DNA of 32,329 nucleotides from a virus, in the IMG/VR virus record IMGVR_UViG_3300025327_000011; one strand, written 5' to 3'. Of the stretch, positions 1 through 9,172 are shown one piece after another. The stretch's first letter is position 1, and each line of letters begins with the position of its first letter. The notes below the pieces were generated by a model. That model was not told the origin of the DNA and searched no databases. It saw nothing but the letters and a program-made list of their open reading frames with translations. A program made the translations under genes and the position numbers.

Positions 1-127
1 CCCGAGTATAGAGTATTTCCAGAAATAGTGGTTCCAAAAATCGTTGTACCAACAATGGTTCCGCCGTTAACAGTGCCGGTAAAGGTAGCACCGGAGAGGT
101 TGGCTTTTGTTGCAAGTTGTGAATTAA
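1..127. repeat. Terminal direct overlap, identical to 32203..32329 (127 bp). Signature of a circular or terminally redundant contig.
   Basis: Base-by-base comparison by eye shows cccgagtatagagtatttcc...gttgtgaattaa at both ends with no mismatch. It lies inside the fibre-gene repeat array. Confidence 0.95.
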
Positions 128-3100
128 TTAAAGTTATGTTCGCTGGTGTTGCAAATAAAGTTGATACATCTGAAGCACCAGAGTAAAGTGTATTTCCAGA
201 AAGTGCAGTTCCAAAAACTGTTGAACCTGCTATATTACCACCTGTAACTGTACCGGTAAATGTAGCTCCACTTAGGTTTGCCTTTGTTGCAAGTTGCGAA
301 TTGATTAAAGTTATGTTCGCTGGCGTTGCAAATAAAGTTGATACATCAGTTGAACCTGAATGAATAGTTCCGCCTGAAAACGTGCCTCCACTTAGTGAAT
401 ATGCATTGACATTTCCTCCAGCGGTAATTCTCATTCTTTCTGTTGGTGTAGCATTACTAAGTGTTGAATTTCTTGTTCCAAAAATTAAATCTCCAAGTGT
501 GTGACCCACAATACTTTTCTCTTGAAATCCTATATATGCTGGCGCAATATTAGCTAATCCGGAATTATAACCAAATCCTATTAATCTGTAAGAATTTAAA
601 TTATATTCATTACTGCCTAAATGTAAATATGTTGAAGCGCTAATTACTGTTGGTGCAGTTGTGGTATCAGTTGTAGACTGAAATATGGACGATTTAACAT
701 TGTTACTATTTAAAATTTTTAAATCAATACCAAATATAGTTCCACCGCTAATAGTTGTAGAACTAAATGAAGGAGCGTTAACCTGACCTGTAAATGTATC
801 ACCAGAACGATTTGCTTTAGTTAGAAGCTGAGCTGAATGTGTTCCGGCAAGTGCTGCTGAACCGAATAATAAACTTACGTCTGAAGCACCCGAATATAAA
901 GTATTGCCAGAAAGAGTAGTTCCGAAAACTGTACTTCCAGCTATGTTTCCACCAGTAACAGTACCTGTGAAGGTAGCACCTGAAAGGTTGGCTTTTGTTG
1001 CAAGTTGTGAATTAATTGAAGTTATGTTTGCTGGTGTTGCGAATAAGGTTGATACATCAGAAGCTCCAGAGTAAAGTGTATTTCCGGAAAGGATAGTACC
1101 AAATACTGTTGAGCCGGCTATATTTCCACCGTTAACAGTACCGGTAAAGGTGGCTCCGCTAAGATTTGCCTTTGTCGCAAGTTGTGAATTAATTAAAGTT
1201 ATGTTCGCTGGTGTTGCAAATAAGGTTGATACATCTGAAGCACCCGAATATAGAGTATTTCCAGAAATAGTGGTTCCAAAAATCGTTGTACCTGCTATAT
1301 TTCCACCAGTAACGGTGCCTGTAAATGTTGCTCCGCTTAGGTTTGCCTTGGTTAAAAGCTGAGCTGAATGAGTACCGGCAAGTGCTGCTGAGCCGAATAA
1401 TAAACTTACGTCTGTACTTGCTGAAAAAATTGTAGCTCCTGAAACAGTTGTAGCACTAAAAGAAGGAGCGTTGACTTGTCCTGTAAATGTATCACCAGAA
1501 CGATTTGCCTTTGTTAAAAGCTGAGCTGAATGAGTACCGGCAAGTGCTGCTGAGCCGAATAATAAACTCACATCTGAAGCACCCGAATAAAGTGTATTGC
1601 CAGAAAGCACAGTTCCAAAAATCGTTGTACCAACAATGGTTCCACCATTGACAGTACCTGTGAATGTAGCTCCACTTAGATTTGCCTTAGTTGCAAGTTG
1701 CGAATTGATTGAAGTTATGTTTGCTGGAGTTGCAAATAAAGTTGATACATCTGTTGAGCCTGAAATTAATGTTGTAGCAGTTAAAGTCGTAAAAGAACTT
1801 GCTCCTGAAGCTGTAATTGAAGCTATAGATGGCGAATTTACTAAATTAATAGTAGGATTATTTGCAGTTCCACCTGTTGTAATATTAGTTCCAGGTTGAA
1901 CTCTGGTTATATCATTTCCATCATTAGTGGTTAAAAAAATATTATATAGATTTGTATTTCCAGAAAGTAAAATCCCTCCATTAATTGTTCCTCCACTAAT
2001 TGTAGTTGCACTTAAAGAAGGAGCGTTAACTTGTCCTGTAAATGTAGCTCCACTTAGGTTTGCTTTGGTTGCAAGTTGAGAATTAATTAAAGTAATATTA
2101 GCAGGTGTTGCAAACAGGGTTGACACATCTGTTGAGCCTGAAATAAAAGAACCATTTGTTACTGAAATGTTTCCACCATTAACAGTTATAGCTGAGGTCA
2201 ATATTTCTGTATTTGCAGACCAAGCACCTTTTGAATCAATTGTCCAAGTTGACGCGACACCGTTTGTTAATCCTGATAAAACTGAAATTCCACCATTTAA
2301 CGCACTTAAATGTGAACCTGAAAGATTCATTACAATATTATTATCAGAAGTTTGAACCGTTGCTGTATTGAAAGTTGTTGCTGTTCCAAGAACATCTACA
2401 TTTCCATAAATTTGAATCGAACCATTAACTGTTAATCCTGTTGTGCCTTGAGTTAAAATAGAATTTCCCAAAACTTTATTTCCATTCCAAAGCGGAATAG
2501 TATTTGTTGAACCAGAACCTTGAATAAATATATTTTCAATATTTGTTGAGCCTGAAATTAATGTACTTGCAGATAATGTTGTAAACGAACTTGCTCCTGA
2601 TGATGATATTGAGTTAAAACTCGGAGAATCAACTACATTAATAATTGGAAGATTTGCAGTTCCACCGGTAGTGATATTACTTCCAGGTTGAACTCTTGTT
2701 ATATCTTCAATTCCAGAAGCTAAATTTGAAATAATTGTTTCTAAATTTGTTGAGCCTGAAAAAAATGTTGTTGCAGAAATACCATTTGTTGATATTCCAC
2801 TTAATGAAATTAAATTTGGAACATAAACAGTATTTGCTATATTCGCTGAAATATTATCTCCAAAAATAAATGTTGATTTTAAACCAGAATCAATTGTAGA
2901 ACCAGAACCAACAATCATCGAACGAGGAGAGCCTGCTCCTATTATTAAATCTCTACCAACTGCTATTGAATTTTGTGAACCATAATCAATAAACACTCCT
3001 TGTCCACTTCCAATTCCTCCTGTTGATAAAATTTTTGGTCCACCAACAGCAACAACTTGCACAGGGTCACCTGGATTATTCCATGGGTGATAAATAGAAG

Positions 3101-5360
3101 TACTTGTAGTTGTACTTACAAATTTTTCTTTTAATTTAATTAATTCAACTTTTGAACTTTCATTTGATGTTGGAGAATAATTAATTGAATTTACTATAAA
3201 ATAATGTCCCGCTCCATCTTCACTTATTCCATCAATAAAAATAGAATCGCTGAATTTAAAATCATTGATATCTTGTGGAGTTAAATAAATATTACAAGAA
3301 ATTATTCTTGAATCTTTATCAGCAATACCATCGAGATAAGTTTTCCAATGTGCATTTATTAAATTATTATCAGTAATTGAATCTAAATTATAATATTCAT
3401 AATCAACTTTTCCAAATGCGATATCAGTAGTCCCTGTTGAAGGATGATTTAACATTCCTAAATAAGGAAAATAAGTTTGAGTTTGACCACTTAATAACCA
3501 AGAATCAGCAGAAGGTAAAGGTAATATATTTGCAGTATTTTTTTGTAAAATCCTAATATTAAAATCAGTTCTCCCAAAATTTTTATTTGAATCTTTCTTT
3601 CCTATTTTAGGAATAACAAATTCATTTACAGTAGAAGAACTAGATAATGACGATTCGTGAACTGATGCAGAAGGTGTTGGAGAAAAAATAACTTCTATTT
3701 TTTTCTCACCATCAATAAATTCATTATCAATTATAAAATATTCATCTCCAAATATTCTGGTGGTTGTTGTTTTATAGTCTTCATTGTAATAATCTTTATC
3801 TTCTTTATAAGTAAAAATTATTTTTTTATTTTGTTGTTCTGATATTAATTTTTGACTTATTGGAAATTTTAAATCCAATTTTTTTGTCCAATCTTTTGTT
3901 CTTAATCCTCTTGAAAAATAAGTATCACGAGGTTCTACTATTATTTTTTTTGTATTATCTTTAACAGGATCAAGATAAAGATTATGCATGTAAATTAATG
4001 AGTTTAAAAAATCTTTTTGCTTAATCTTTTTTGGAACAATACCATTAAATATTAATGTTTGTCCGGGTAAAGCTTTTGTAGAAACTTTATTATAAAAATT
4101 AGTTCCGACAGAATATAAGTTATAATTTAAATCACCTCCTGCTCCTACTACGTTTATTTTTGTGTCAAGTCTAATTGTAACATAAAAAAGTTCTCCTGGT
4201 TGAACTACTCCAAATTGAGTTCCAACATTTCCATCTAAAGGTGGTGTTAAATAAGTTTTTAGTTTTCTATTGTTTAATATTATATCTCCATTAAATGTAT
4301 TTAAAACATCTGATTGTGAATAAAAACTTCCCTCAAATCCACCTGAATAAGTTGAACGGTAAAATTTAATAATAACATTTGATATTACAGGAGCAACATT
4401 TGTATTACTTCTTGTAAATTCCTCATCTAAAGTTATTGAAAACTGTTGAACAGAAGATGTGTCTGCTGAATATTTATAAATTGTTGTATCATATAAATTT
4501 CCATTATCAAAATAAGGAGCCGGAGTTTCTTTATTTAATGGTATTGTAATTTGATCTGTGAAATCCTGTAAAATACCTGCAGTTAAAGTTTTTGTTAAAG
4601 TATAATCAGTACTTATGCCAACATCAAAACTTCTTCCTGTTGCAAAAGAATTATCTTGATTTAATTCAGTTGTTCCGTTAAATGGAATATATAAATTTGT
4701 AAAATAAGTTCCGGATAAAAAAGTTGAATCATAACTATAACCGGCAGCAGAAAATATTCTATCAACTATGGTTTTTACTTGTAAAGCAGGAAACATTTCT
4801 TCCGCTTTAACTCCCATCCCGATATTCATATCAGTTATATTTAAATCATAACCATAATCAATAAGTGGATAAAAATATGATTGATTTGAGCCTGTCCAAG
4901 ATAATGTTATTCCTGAATAATCCCAAACGTGATTTAAATCAGAGAAATCTAAATCTTCAATATAGGCATCTCCAATATTTTTAAATAAATCCTGACTTTC
5001 AGAAAAAATAGTAACTTGATAATCTATTTTTTTATTTTCATTAACAGCAATTCCTACCAATTGAAAAACACCATTTTGCATTACAGGTATTGAATCAACT
5101 GCTAAGTATGCTGGTGTTTTTTTCCTTGCATCAAAAGTGCTATCAGAACCAATATTAAATATTTGAGTAAGTAATCTATTATTTTTTTCAGAACCTTGTA
5201 TAGTAAAACTTTGTGTATATGGTGCACTTCGTTTTGAAATATCTTTTATGTCCGAAATAGACATTTTAATATTTACCGGTTCGTCTCCATAAGTATCTAA
5301 AAATCCAACAGAATTTGTTGAAGCAGTGCTAATTAATCCAAGTTCTAATTTATTTTCCAT
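1..5360 (-). CDS. Giant tail-fibre / receptor-binding protein, N-terminal portion. It starts at ATG 5358..5360, is open to the window edge, and continues at 32202 across the circular junction.
   Basis: Hand translation from 5360 gives MENKLELGLISTASTNSVGFLDTYGDEPVNIKMSISDIKDISKRSAPYTQSFTIQGSEKNNRLLTQ... with no stop in the first 66 codons. Codons at 3..62 read ...GTIVGTTIFGTTISGNTLYS in the same phase. The ORF track lists no closed minus-strand ORF in 1..5363, as expected if this frame has no stop inside the window. The start lies 4 nt after the stop of the upstream gene (5364). I did not hand-check every codon. Confidence 0.8.
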   Translation of the reverse strand, partial: MENKLELGLISTASTNSVGFLDTYGDEPVNIKMSISDIKDISKRSAPYTQSFTIQGSEKNNRLLTQIFNIGSDSTFDARKKTPAYLAVDSIPVMQNGVFQLVGIAVNENKKIDYQVTIFSESQDLFKNIGDAYIEDLDFSDLNHVWDYSGITLSWTGSNQSYFYPLIDYGYDLNITDMNIGMGVKAEEMFPALQVKTIVDRIFSAAGYSYDSTFLSGTYFTNLYIPFNGTTELNQDNSFATGRSFDVGISTDYTLTKTLTAGILQDFTDQITIPLNKETPAPYFDNGNLYDTTIYKYSADTSSVQQFSITLDEEFTRSNTNVAPVISNVIIKFYRSTYSGGFEGSFYSQSDVLNTFNGDIILNNRKLKTYLTPPLDGNVGTQFGVVQPGELFYVTIRLDTKINVVGAGGDLNYNLYSVGTNFYNKVSTKALPGQTLIFNGIVPKKIKQKDFLNSLIYMHNLYLDPVKDNTKKIIVEPRDTYFSRGLRTKDWTKKLDLKFPISQKLISEQQNKKIIFTYKEDKDYYNEDYKTTTTRIFGDEYFIIDNEFIDGEKKIEVIFSPTPSASVHESSLSSSSTVNEFVIPKIGKKDSNKNFGRTDFNIRILQKNTANILPLPSADSWLLSGQTQTYFPYLGMLNHPSTGTTDIAFGKVDYEYYNLDSITDNNLINAHWKTYLDGIADKDSRIISCNIYLTPQDINDFKFSDSIFIDGISEDGAGHYFIVNSINYSPTSNESSKVELIKLKEKFVSTTTSTSIYHPWNNPGDPVQVVAVGGPKILSTGGIGSGQGVFIDYGSQNSIAVGRDLIIGAGSPRSMIVGSGSTIDSGLKSTFIFGDNISANIANTVYVPNLISLSGISTNGISATTFFSGSTNLETIISNLASGIEDITRVQPGSNITTGGTANLPIINVVDSPSFNSISSSGASSFTTLSASTLISGSTNIENIFIQGSGSTNTIPLWNGNKVLGNSILTQGTTGLTVNGSIQIYGNVDVLGTATTFNTATVQTSDNNIVMNLSGSHLSALNGGISVLSGLTNGVASTWTIDSKGAWSANTEILTSAITVNGGNISVTNGSFISGSTDVSTLFATPANITLINSQLATKANLSGATFTGQVNAPSLSATTISGGTINGGILLSGNTNLYNIFLTTNDGNDITRVQPGTNITTGGTANNPTINLVNSPSIASITASGASSFTTLTATTLISGSTDVSTLFATPANITSINSQLATKANLSGATFTGTVNGGTIVGTTIFGTVLSGNTLYSGASDVSLLFGSAALAGTHSAQLLTKANRSGDTFTGQVNAPSFSATTVSGATIFSASTDVSLLFGSAALAGTHSAQLLTKANLSGATFTGTVTGGNIAGTTIFGTTISGNTLYSGASDVSTLFATPANITLINSQLATKANLSGATFTGTVNGGNIAGSTVFGTILSGNTLYSGASDVSTLFATPANITSINSQLATKANLSGATFTGTVTGGNIAGSTVFGTTLSGNTLYSGASDVSLLFGSAALAGTHSAQLLTKANRSGDTFTGQVNAPSFSSTTISGGTIFGIDLKILNSNNVKSSIFQSTTDTTTAPTVISASTYLHLGSNEYNLNSYRLIGFGYNSGLANIAPAYIGFQEKSIVGHTLGDLIFGTRNSTLSNATPTERMRITAGGNVNAYSLSGGTFSGGTIHSGSTDVSTLFATPANITLINSQLATKANLSGATFTGTVTGGNIAGSTVFGTALSGNTLYSGASDVSTLFATPANITLINSQLATKANLSGATFTGTVNGGTIVGTTIFGTTISGNTLYS
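790..1760 (-). repeat. Second coding tandem array of two alternating fibre repeat types (ANLSGATFTG and ANRSGDTFTG units).
   Basis: Motif copies lie near 790, 965, 1141, 1318, 1480 and 1657, with 162-177 bp spacing. The block gagctgaatg.gt.ccggcaagtgctgctga.ccgaataataaact recurs near 830, 1360, 1520, 30910 and 31790. Confidence 0.8.
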
Positions 5361-5363
5361 TTT

Positions 5364-6959
5364 TTAATTTCTTTGTCCATTAAATTTTGAAGCAAGTTTA
5401 TAAGAAAAACTATAATTAAATAATTTATCATTTAGAGAATTTTTTACTTCAAAATTTGATTCATCTAATATTATTGGTGTCGCTGTTCCATCACTATTAA
5501 TTACAAATACTTCCGGAGAAGTAATTAATTCTTCTAACCAAACACTTTCCACATCTGAAATCCAATCAGATGTTACTTTATAAGAATATTGGCCATCAAC
5601 ATCTAAAACAGTGCTTCCACGGTCTCCCAATTGATAATTATAATCAAGGACTTTACGATAAGTATTACGAGTAACGCTTATCGTTTTTTTAGAAACTAAA
5701 TTGAAATTAAAATAATCAAAGCCTCCAAGTCTGTTTAAAAATTGTAATCTAACAGTAGAATATTTTCCGCATTTTGTATCAATTAAATAGGTTTTTACTT
5801 CTGAAATAGTGCTTCCATTATCTGCATTTAGTGAATATTTATAATCAGTTGAAAGATTTATTGTAGCTCCGGAATTTGGAAGATTATTTAAATTCCAAAT
5901 TCCTGATGGAATATGTACAACAGAATCTGAAGTTATACCTGTATTTGCTAAATAATAAGTCTTAGTTCCACCTGAATTTTGGTAAGTTATAAGTTTCATT
6001 CTTGTTGCAGCGCTATAAATTTGCATAAATGATAAAGTTCCTCTATCAGTAGAATTTTTTATATAAACTTCCGCTGGCTGATTTGTTAAAAATTTCTTTG
6101 TTGACCCTCCCATTAAATAATCTGAATAATTCCAAGAAGGTATTTGCTCATATTGATTTACACCATTAAAAGTATAGCCTGAGAAAAAAGTAAGTGCTGA
6201 ATAAATTGTCACTCCTGTATTTAATGTTCCATATTCCTCACCTATTTTTAAAATATAAGGAATCATATGTTTATTTGAATTTGTTGGCTCTACAATGTTT
6301 TGAATTCTTGCATCGCATCCTAAATAAGATTCTAATATACGAGCAGGAGAAAATATACAATTTCCTGTTGAACCTGGTCTTGGTAAAAGCTTTACTCTTG
6401 CTTGAGCATTGCCTCCACCTGTGTTTCCAGTAAAAATATCAAATACATATTTGTAATTAGGAAAGCTATAAAAAATCGATAATACATTAAAATAAATAGG
6501 ATTATAAACCGGAGCAATAAATCCTTGACTTGCTCCAGTAAAAGATGAAATAATAATACTTGAACAATCTTTTACAAAATCTATGTTTGCGGAACCTTGA
6601 CGAATATTAAAAGTTAAAGTTGCATTTCCAACCGCTGCTCCAATAGCTAAAGAAATACCAGTAGTTGTAATTGTTGTTGCAGTAGCTGTTCCAAACATAA
6701 CATCAATAGCAAATGGAGAAGATGCTCCTAAAATATTAACTTCTATTATATGAGAAGTTGATGTGCCAAAATCAGTAAAAACATTTGTTTGAAATAAAGT
6801 ATTATCTCCTGGTGAAACATAATTTCCATCTGCTCCATTACTTAATGGATAAGTATCAGAAGGTGTCCATGCGGCGTTTGCTCCTATACCCCAATTTGTA
6901 AATGGGCTTCCTGTACCGTTATCTAAAAGTGTTGGATTTAAAATTGAAATATTTGCCAT
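5364..6959 (-). CDS. Virion structural protein (putative tail or baseplate component), 531 aa.
   Basis: Long ORF immediately upstream of, and nearly abutting, the fibre gene. It is beta-rich, with a Ser/Thr/Asn/Gly-rich composition. No diagnostic motif was recognised. Confidence 0.35.
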   Translation of the reverse strand: MANISILNPTLLDNGTGSPFTNWGIGANAAWTPSDTYPLSNGADGNYVSPGDNTLFQTNVFTDFGTSTSHIIEVNILGASSPFAIDVMFGTATATTITTTGISLAIGAAVGNATLTFNIRQGSANIDFVKDCSSIIISSFTGASQGFIAPVYNPIYFNVLSIFYSFPNYKYVFDIFTGNTGGGNAQARVKLLPRPGSTGNCIFSPARILESYLGCDARIQNIVEPTNSNKHMIPYILKIGEEYGTLNTGVTIYSALTFFSGYTFNGVNQYEQIPSWNYSDYLMGGSTKKFLTNQPAEVYIKNSTDRGTLSFMQIYSAATRMKLITYQNSGGTKTYYLANTGITSDSVVHIPSGIWNLNNLPNSGATINLSTDYKYSLNADNGSTISEVKTYLIDTKCGKYSTVRLQFLNRLGGFDYFNFNLVSKKTISVTRNTYRKVLDYNYQLGDRGSTVLDVDGQYSYKVTSDWISDVESVWLEELITSPEVFVINSDGTATPIILDESNFEVKNSLNDKLFNYSFSYKLASKFNGQRN

Positions 6960-6996
6960 TTATTGTTTATTATAAATATAAATTTAATTTATTAGT

Positions 6997-7275
6997 TTAA
7001 AATGATTTTTCTATCTGCCTTACTAATTCTGATTCTACAAATTCTATGAATTCATTTGAACTTAATACTTCTGATGATATTTTATGCTTTTCATCCAAAA
7101 ATTTAAAATAATCTTCTCCTAAAACATTAAAAGAACCATCATTATTTGCTATAACTTCTATTGAATTTAAAAGCTTGCCGGATTTAACTAAATCTTTTTC
7201 AATTATTTTTTCTTTAATTAATTTTTCAATTAATTTAGCAGTTGGATTCCAATCTATTTTAAATTCGTTTTTCAT
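6997..7275 (-). CDS. Hypothetical protein, 92 aa.
   Basis: ORF in the structural operon, 6 nt downstream of the preceding gene. No motif recognised. Confidence 0.5.
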   Translation of the reverse strand: MKNEFKIDWNPTAKLIEKLIKEKIIEKDLVKSGKLLNSIEVIANNDGSFNVLGEDYFKFLDEKHKISSEVLSSNEFIEFVESELVRQIEKSF

Positions 7276-7281
7276 AAAAAA

Positions 7282-8253
7282 TTAAGATATAGGTAATGAG
7301 CAATAATTTGTCGGCTTTTTTAATTTAAATTCCAATGTGCAAGCCCAGCCGGAAACTTCTTCATCACTCCATTCTTCTAATGGATCTAAATTTATATCTC
7401 CAACCAATGTTAAAAATCCTAATTGATAAAAAGAATGCTCATTTATTTCTGTTATTATATCACTAATCATTTGAAATGTGTCGCTATGAGCATCATCTTG
7501 ATTATCAGTTGATTTATTTACAAGGTCTAATACTTTTAAGTTAATAAAAAATGATTTTGATGGATATGAGCCAGAAATTTCACTTTTAGGATACGTTCCA
7601 TTTGATAATTGAACATACATTGCTGGATATACTGGCTTTAATGAAGTTGCAAAATTATAATCTTTGCCATGGCCGAATGTATTTAATTGAAAATGTCTTT
7701 CTTGAATATCTTTTAAAACTAAAAGTACTTGATTATAAGTAAGGATTTTCCCATCAGGTATAGCAGGAATTGGAGTGCTTGAACTAAATGGTAACCCGCA
7801 GAATGAATTTTTATTTTTTAACCTAAATGTTATTTGTGTTTTAAATCCTGAAAGTTCTTCATCACTGAATTGTTCTAATGCTTCGAAATTAATATCTGAA
7901 TTGATAGAAACAGAATTTTCAATATAATTCTCGTTTTCATTTATTTCAGTTACAATATCACTTATTATTTGCTCACAATCTGAATAAACATCACTAATAT
8001 TATTAAGTCCTTTATTAACTAAATCTAAAACCTTAAGTTCAACAGTAAAATCCTTACTATTGTATGAATCATTTGCTTCTGATTTATAAAACGTACCAGA
8101 TATTGGCGTTATAAATAGTATTGGATATATATACTTAGTTGAACCGGCGAAATCTTCATCTTTTCCTATATCAAATGAATTTATTTGGCGGTGATTAGAC
8201 GCAATTGAACGAAGTTCAGAAATAATTTGATTATATGTTAGAATTGTACTCAT
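7282..8253 (-). CDS. Structural protein made of two homologous halves (internal tandem domain duplication), 323 aa.
   Basis: Residues 4-160 and 170-323 align by eye. ILTYNQIISELRSI...FDIGKDEDFAGS...YPILF...ELKVLDLVNK...IISDIVTEINE...FCGLP matches ILTYNQVLLVLKDI...FGHGKDYNFATS...YPAMY...NLKVLDLVNK...MISDIITEINE...YCSLP. Confidence 0.6.
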   Translation of the reverse strand: MSTILTYNQIISELRSIASNHRQINSFDIGKDEDFAGSTKYIYPILFITPISGTFYKSEANDSYNSKDFTVELKVLDLVNKGLNNISDVYSDCEQIISDIVTEINENENYIENSVSINSDINFEALEQFSDEELSGFKTQITFRLKNKNSFCGLPFSSSTPIPAIPDGKILTYNQVLLVLKDIQERHFQLNTFGHGKDYNFATSLKPVYPAMYVQLSNGTYPKSEISGSYPSKSFFINLKVLDLVNKSTDNQDDAHSDTFQMISDIITEINEHSFYQLGFLTLVGDINLDPLEEWSDEEVSGWACTLEFKLKKPTNYCSLPIS

Positions 8254-8257
8254 TTAT

Positions 8258-8560
8258 TTAATTATAAATATTATTTTTTTGTGCTTGTTTTTGTTTTGAT
8301 TCGAAAAATTGTTCCTTTTCCTTCCAAAAGCTTAAAAGATTTAAAGCAGAAATCCAATTTACTTTATATATTTCTTCAAACTTTGTTATATCTCCCTGTG
8401 CAAGCTTTTCTATTATCGAAAACCAACTCCAACGATTAAAACTTGTATCTATTTGGTCTCCATCTTTTGTTGAAAACTCTTCTTGTTCTTCATTTTTATT
8501 TTGGATGTTGAAAATTCCACTGAATTGTTTGAGGGTTTTTTCTCTCCAAGCAAAAAAAAA
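8258..8560 (-). CDS. -1 frame extension of the 8449..9090 gene. Candidate programmed frameshift fusion of about 277 aa, or a homopolymer assembly error.
   Basis: Hand translation of the -1 frame from the T9 run gives FFFAWREKTLKQFSGIFNIQNKNEEQEEFSTKDGDQIDTSFNRWSWFSIIEKLAQGDITKFEEIYKVNWISALNLLSFWKEKEQFFESKQKQAQKNNIYN, then TAA at 8258..8260. That stop is 4 nt before the ATG of the next gene (8253). The -1 frame is closed by TAG (8563..8561) immediately upstream of the run. Confidence 0.5.
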   Translation of the reverse strand, partial: FFFAWREKTLKQFSGIFNIQNKNEEQEEFSTKDGDQIDTSFNRWSWFSIIEKLAQGDITKFEEIYKVNWISALNLLSFWKEKEQFFESKQKQAQKNNIYN

Positions 8561-9090
8561 CTAATTATATCATAAACATCAGTTATCATAATAAATTTGG
8601 ATTTTTCATTGATGATTAAATTAATGTTATCCGGATTAAAAGGTTCTATATTTCCATCTGGAAGTATTCTTCTAAATAAAACTCCAAATGCTATTTCTGT
8701 TGGCGTTAAATCAAAAGCTTGTTTATCTTTTAACATAGTTTCAATTGAAATGCTTTCACCAACAGTTAATTTTGTGAAATCCTTTTTTATTGTCCATTCT
8801 TCATCATCTATTTTAAAAGAAGTTACAGGAACTTTCGAAGTTTTAGGCTCAACATTCATCCATTTGAATGAATCCTGTATCTTTTTGAAATCATCCACGT
8901 TTATATTAATTGCTATTTTAGAAAATTCAGGATTATTACATAAAAGTGATAATGTTTTTATAAATACTTCAATAGAAGAAGAGTTTTTATCCTCTGCAGA
9001 ATTTAAGATATCAATGTAATTTTTTAAAGTAACTTCATCCCATCCGGAAGGAAATAAAAATTCTTTATTTTCTATTTTTAAGTTTAGCAT
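8449..9090 (-). CDS. Hypothetical protein, zero-frame product (213 aa). It contains a U9 slippery run 33 codons before its TAG stop.
   Basis: Track ORF. The minus strand reads ATT AGT TTT TTT TTG CTT at 8565..8548. Confidence 0.6.
   Translation of the reverse strand: MLNLKIENKEFLFPSGWDEVTLKNYIDILNSAEDKNSSSIEVFIKTLSLLCNNPEFSKIAININVDDFKKIQDSFKWMNVEPKTSKVPVTSFKIDDEEWTIKKDFTKLTVGESISIETMLKDKQAFDLTPTEIAFGVLFRRILPDGNIEPFNPDNINLIINEKSKFIMITDVYDIISFFLLGEKKPSNNSVEFSTSKIKMKNKKSFQQKMETK
8552..8563 (-). promoter_or_regulatory. Candidate -1 ribosomal slippery site: U UUU UUU UUG within a U9 run.
   Basis: The plus strand has A9 at 8552..8560. The heptamer fits X XXY YYZ, and the open -1 frame begins exactly here. 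Confidence 0.45.
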
Positions 9091-9172
9091 ATTGTTTTTT
9101 TATTTGTAAATAGTGTGTAAAAAAGTAAAATCATACTTTCGTTGATAATAAATATAATTAATGAAATTTAGT

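Noticed and set aside
1150-2355. Plus-strand ORFs 1150..1362, 1597..1899 and 2167..2355.
   Set aside because: They lie antisense to the fibre gene inside its repeats. They are low-complexity Val/Pro/Ala mirror translations that recur because the DNA repeats. They have no start context.
1-5363. No closed ORF is listed on the minus strand for 5.3 kb. I considered stop-codon reassignment (TAG/TGA recoding) or a non-coding repeat region.
   Set aside because: Hand translation from ATG 5360 is open for at least 66 codons, and the same phase is open at 3..62. The ORF simply has no stop inside the window and continues across the circular junction. The standard genetic code suffices.
8597-9019. Plus-strand ORF of 140 aa. 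Similar antisense ORFs lie at 6194..6433, 9717..9905, 12709..12903, 13315..13512 and 13795..14004.
   Set aside because: All are embedded antisense in longer, tightly packed minus-strand genes. Their composition is typical of shadow ORFs in AT-rich DNA.
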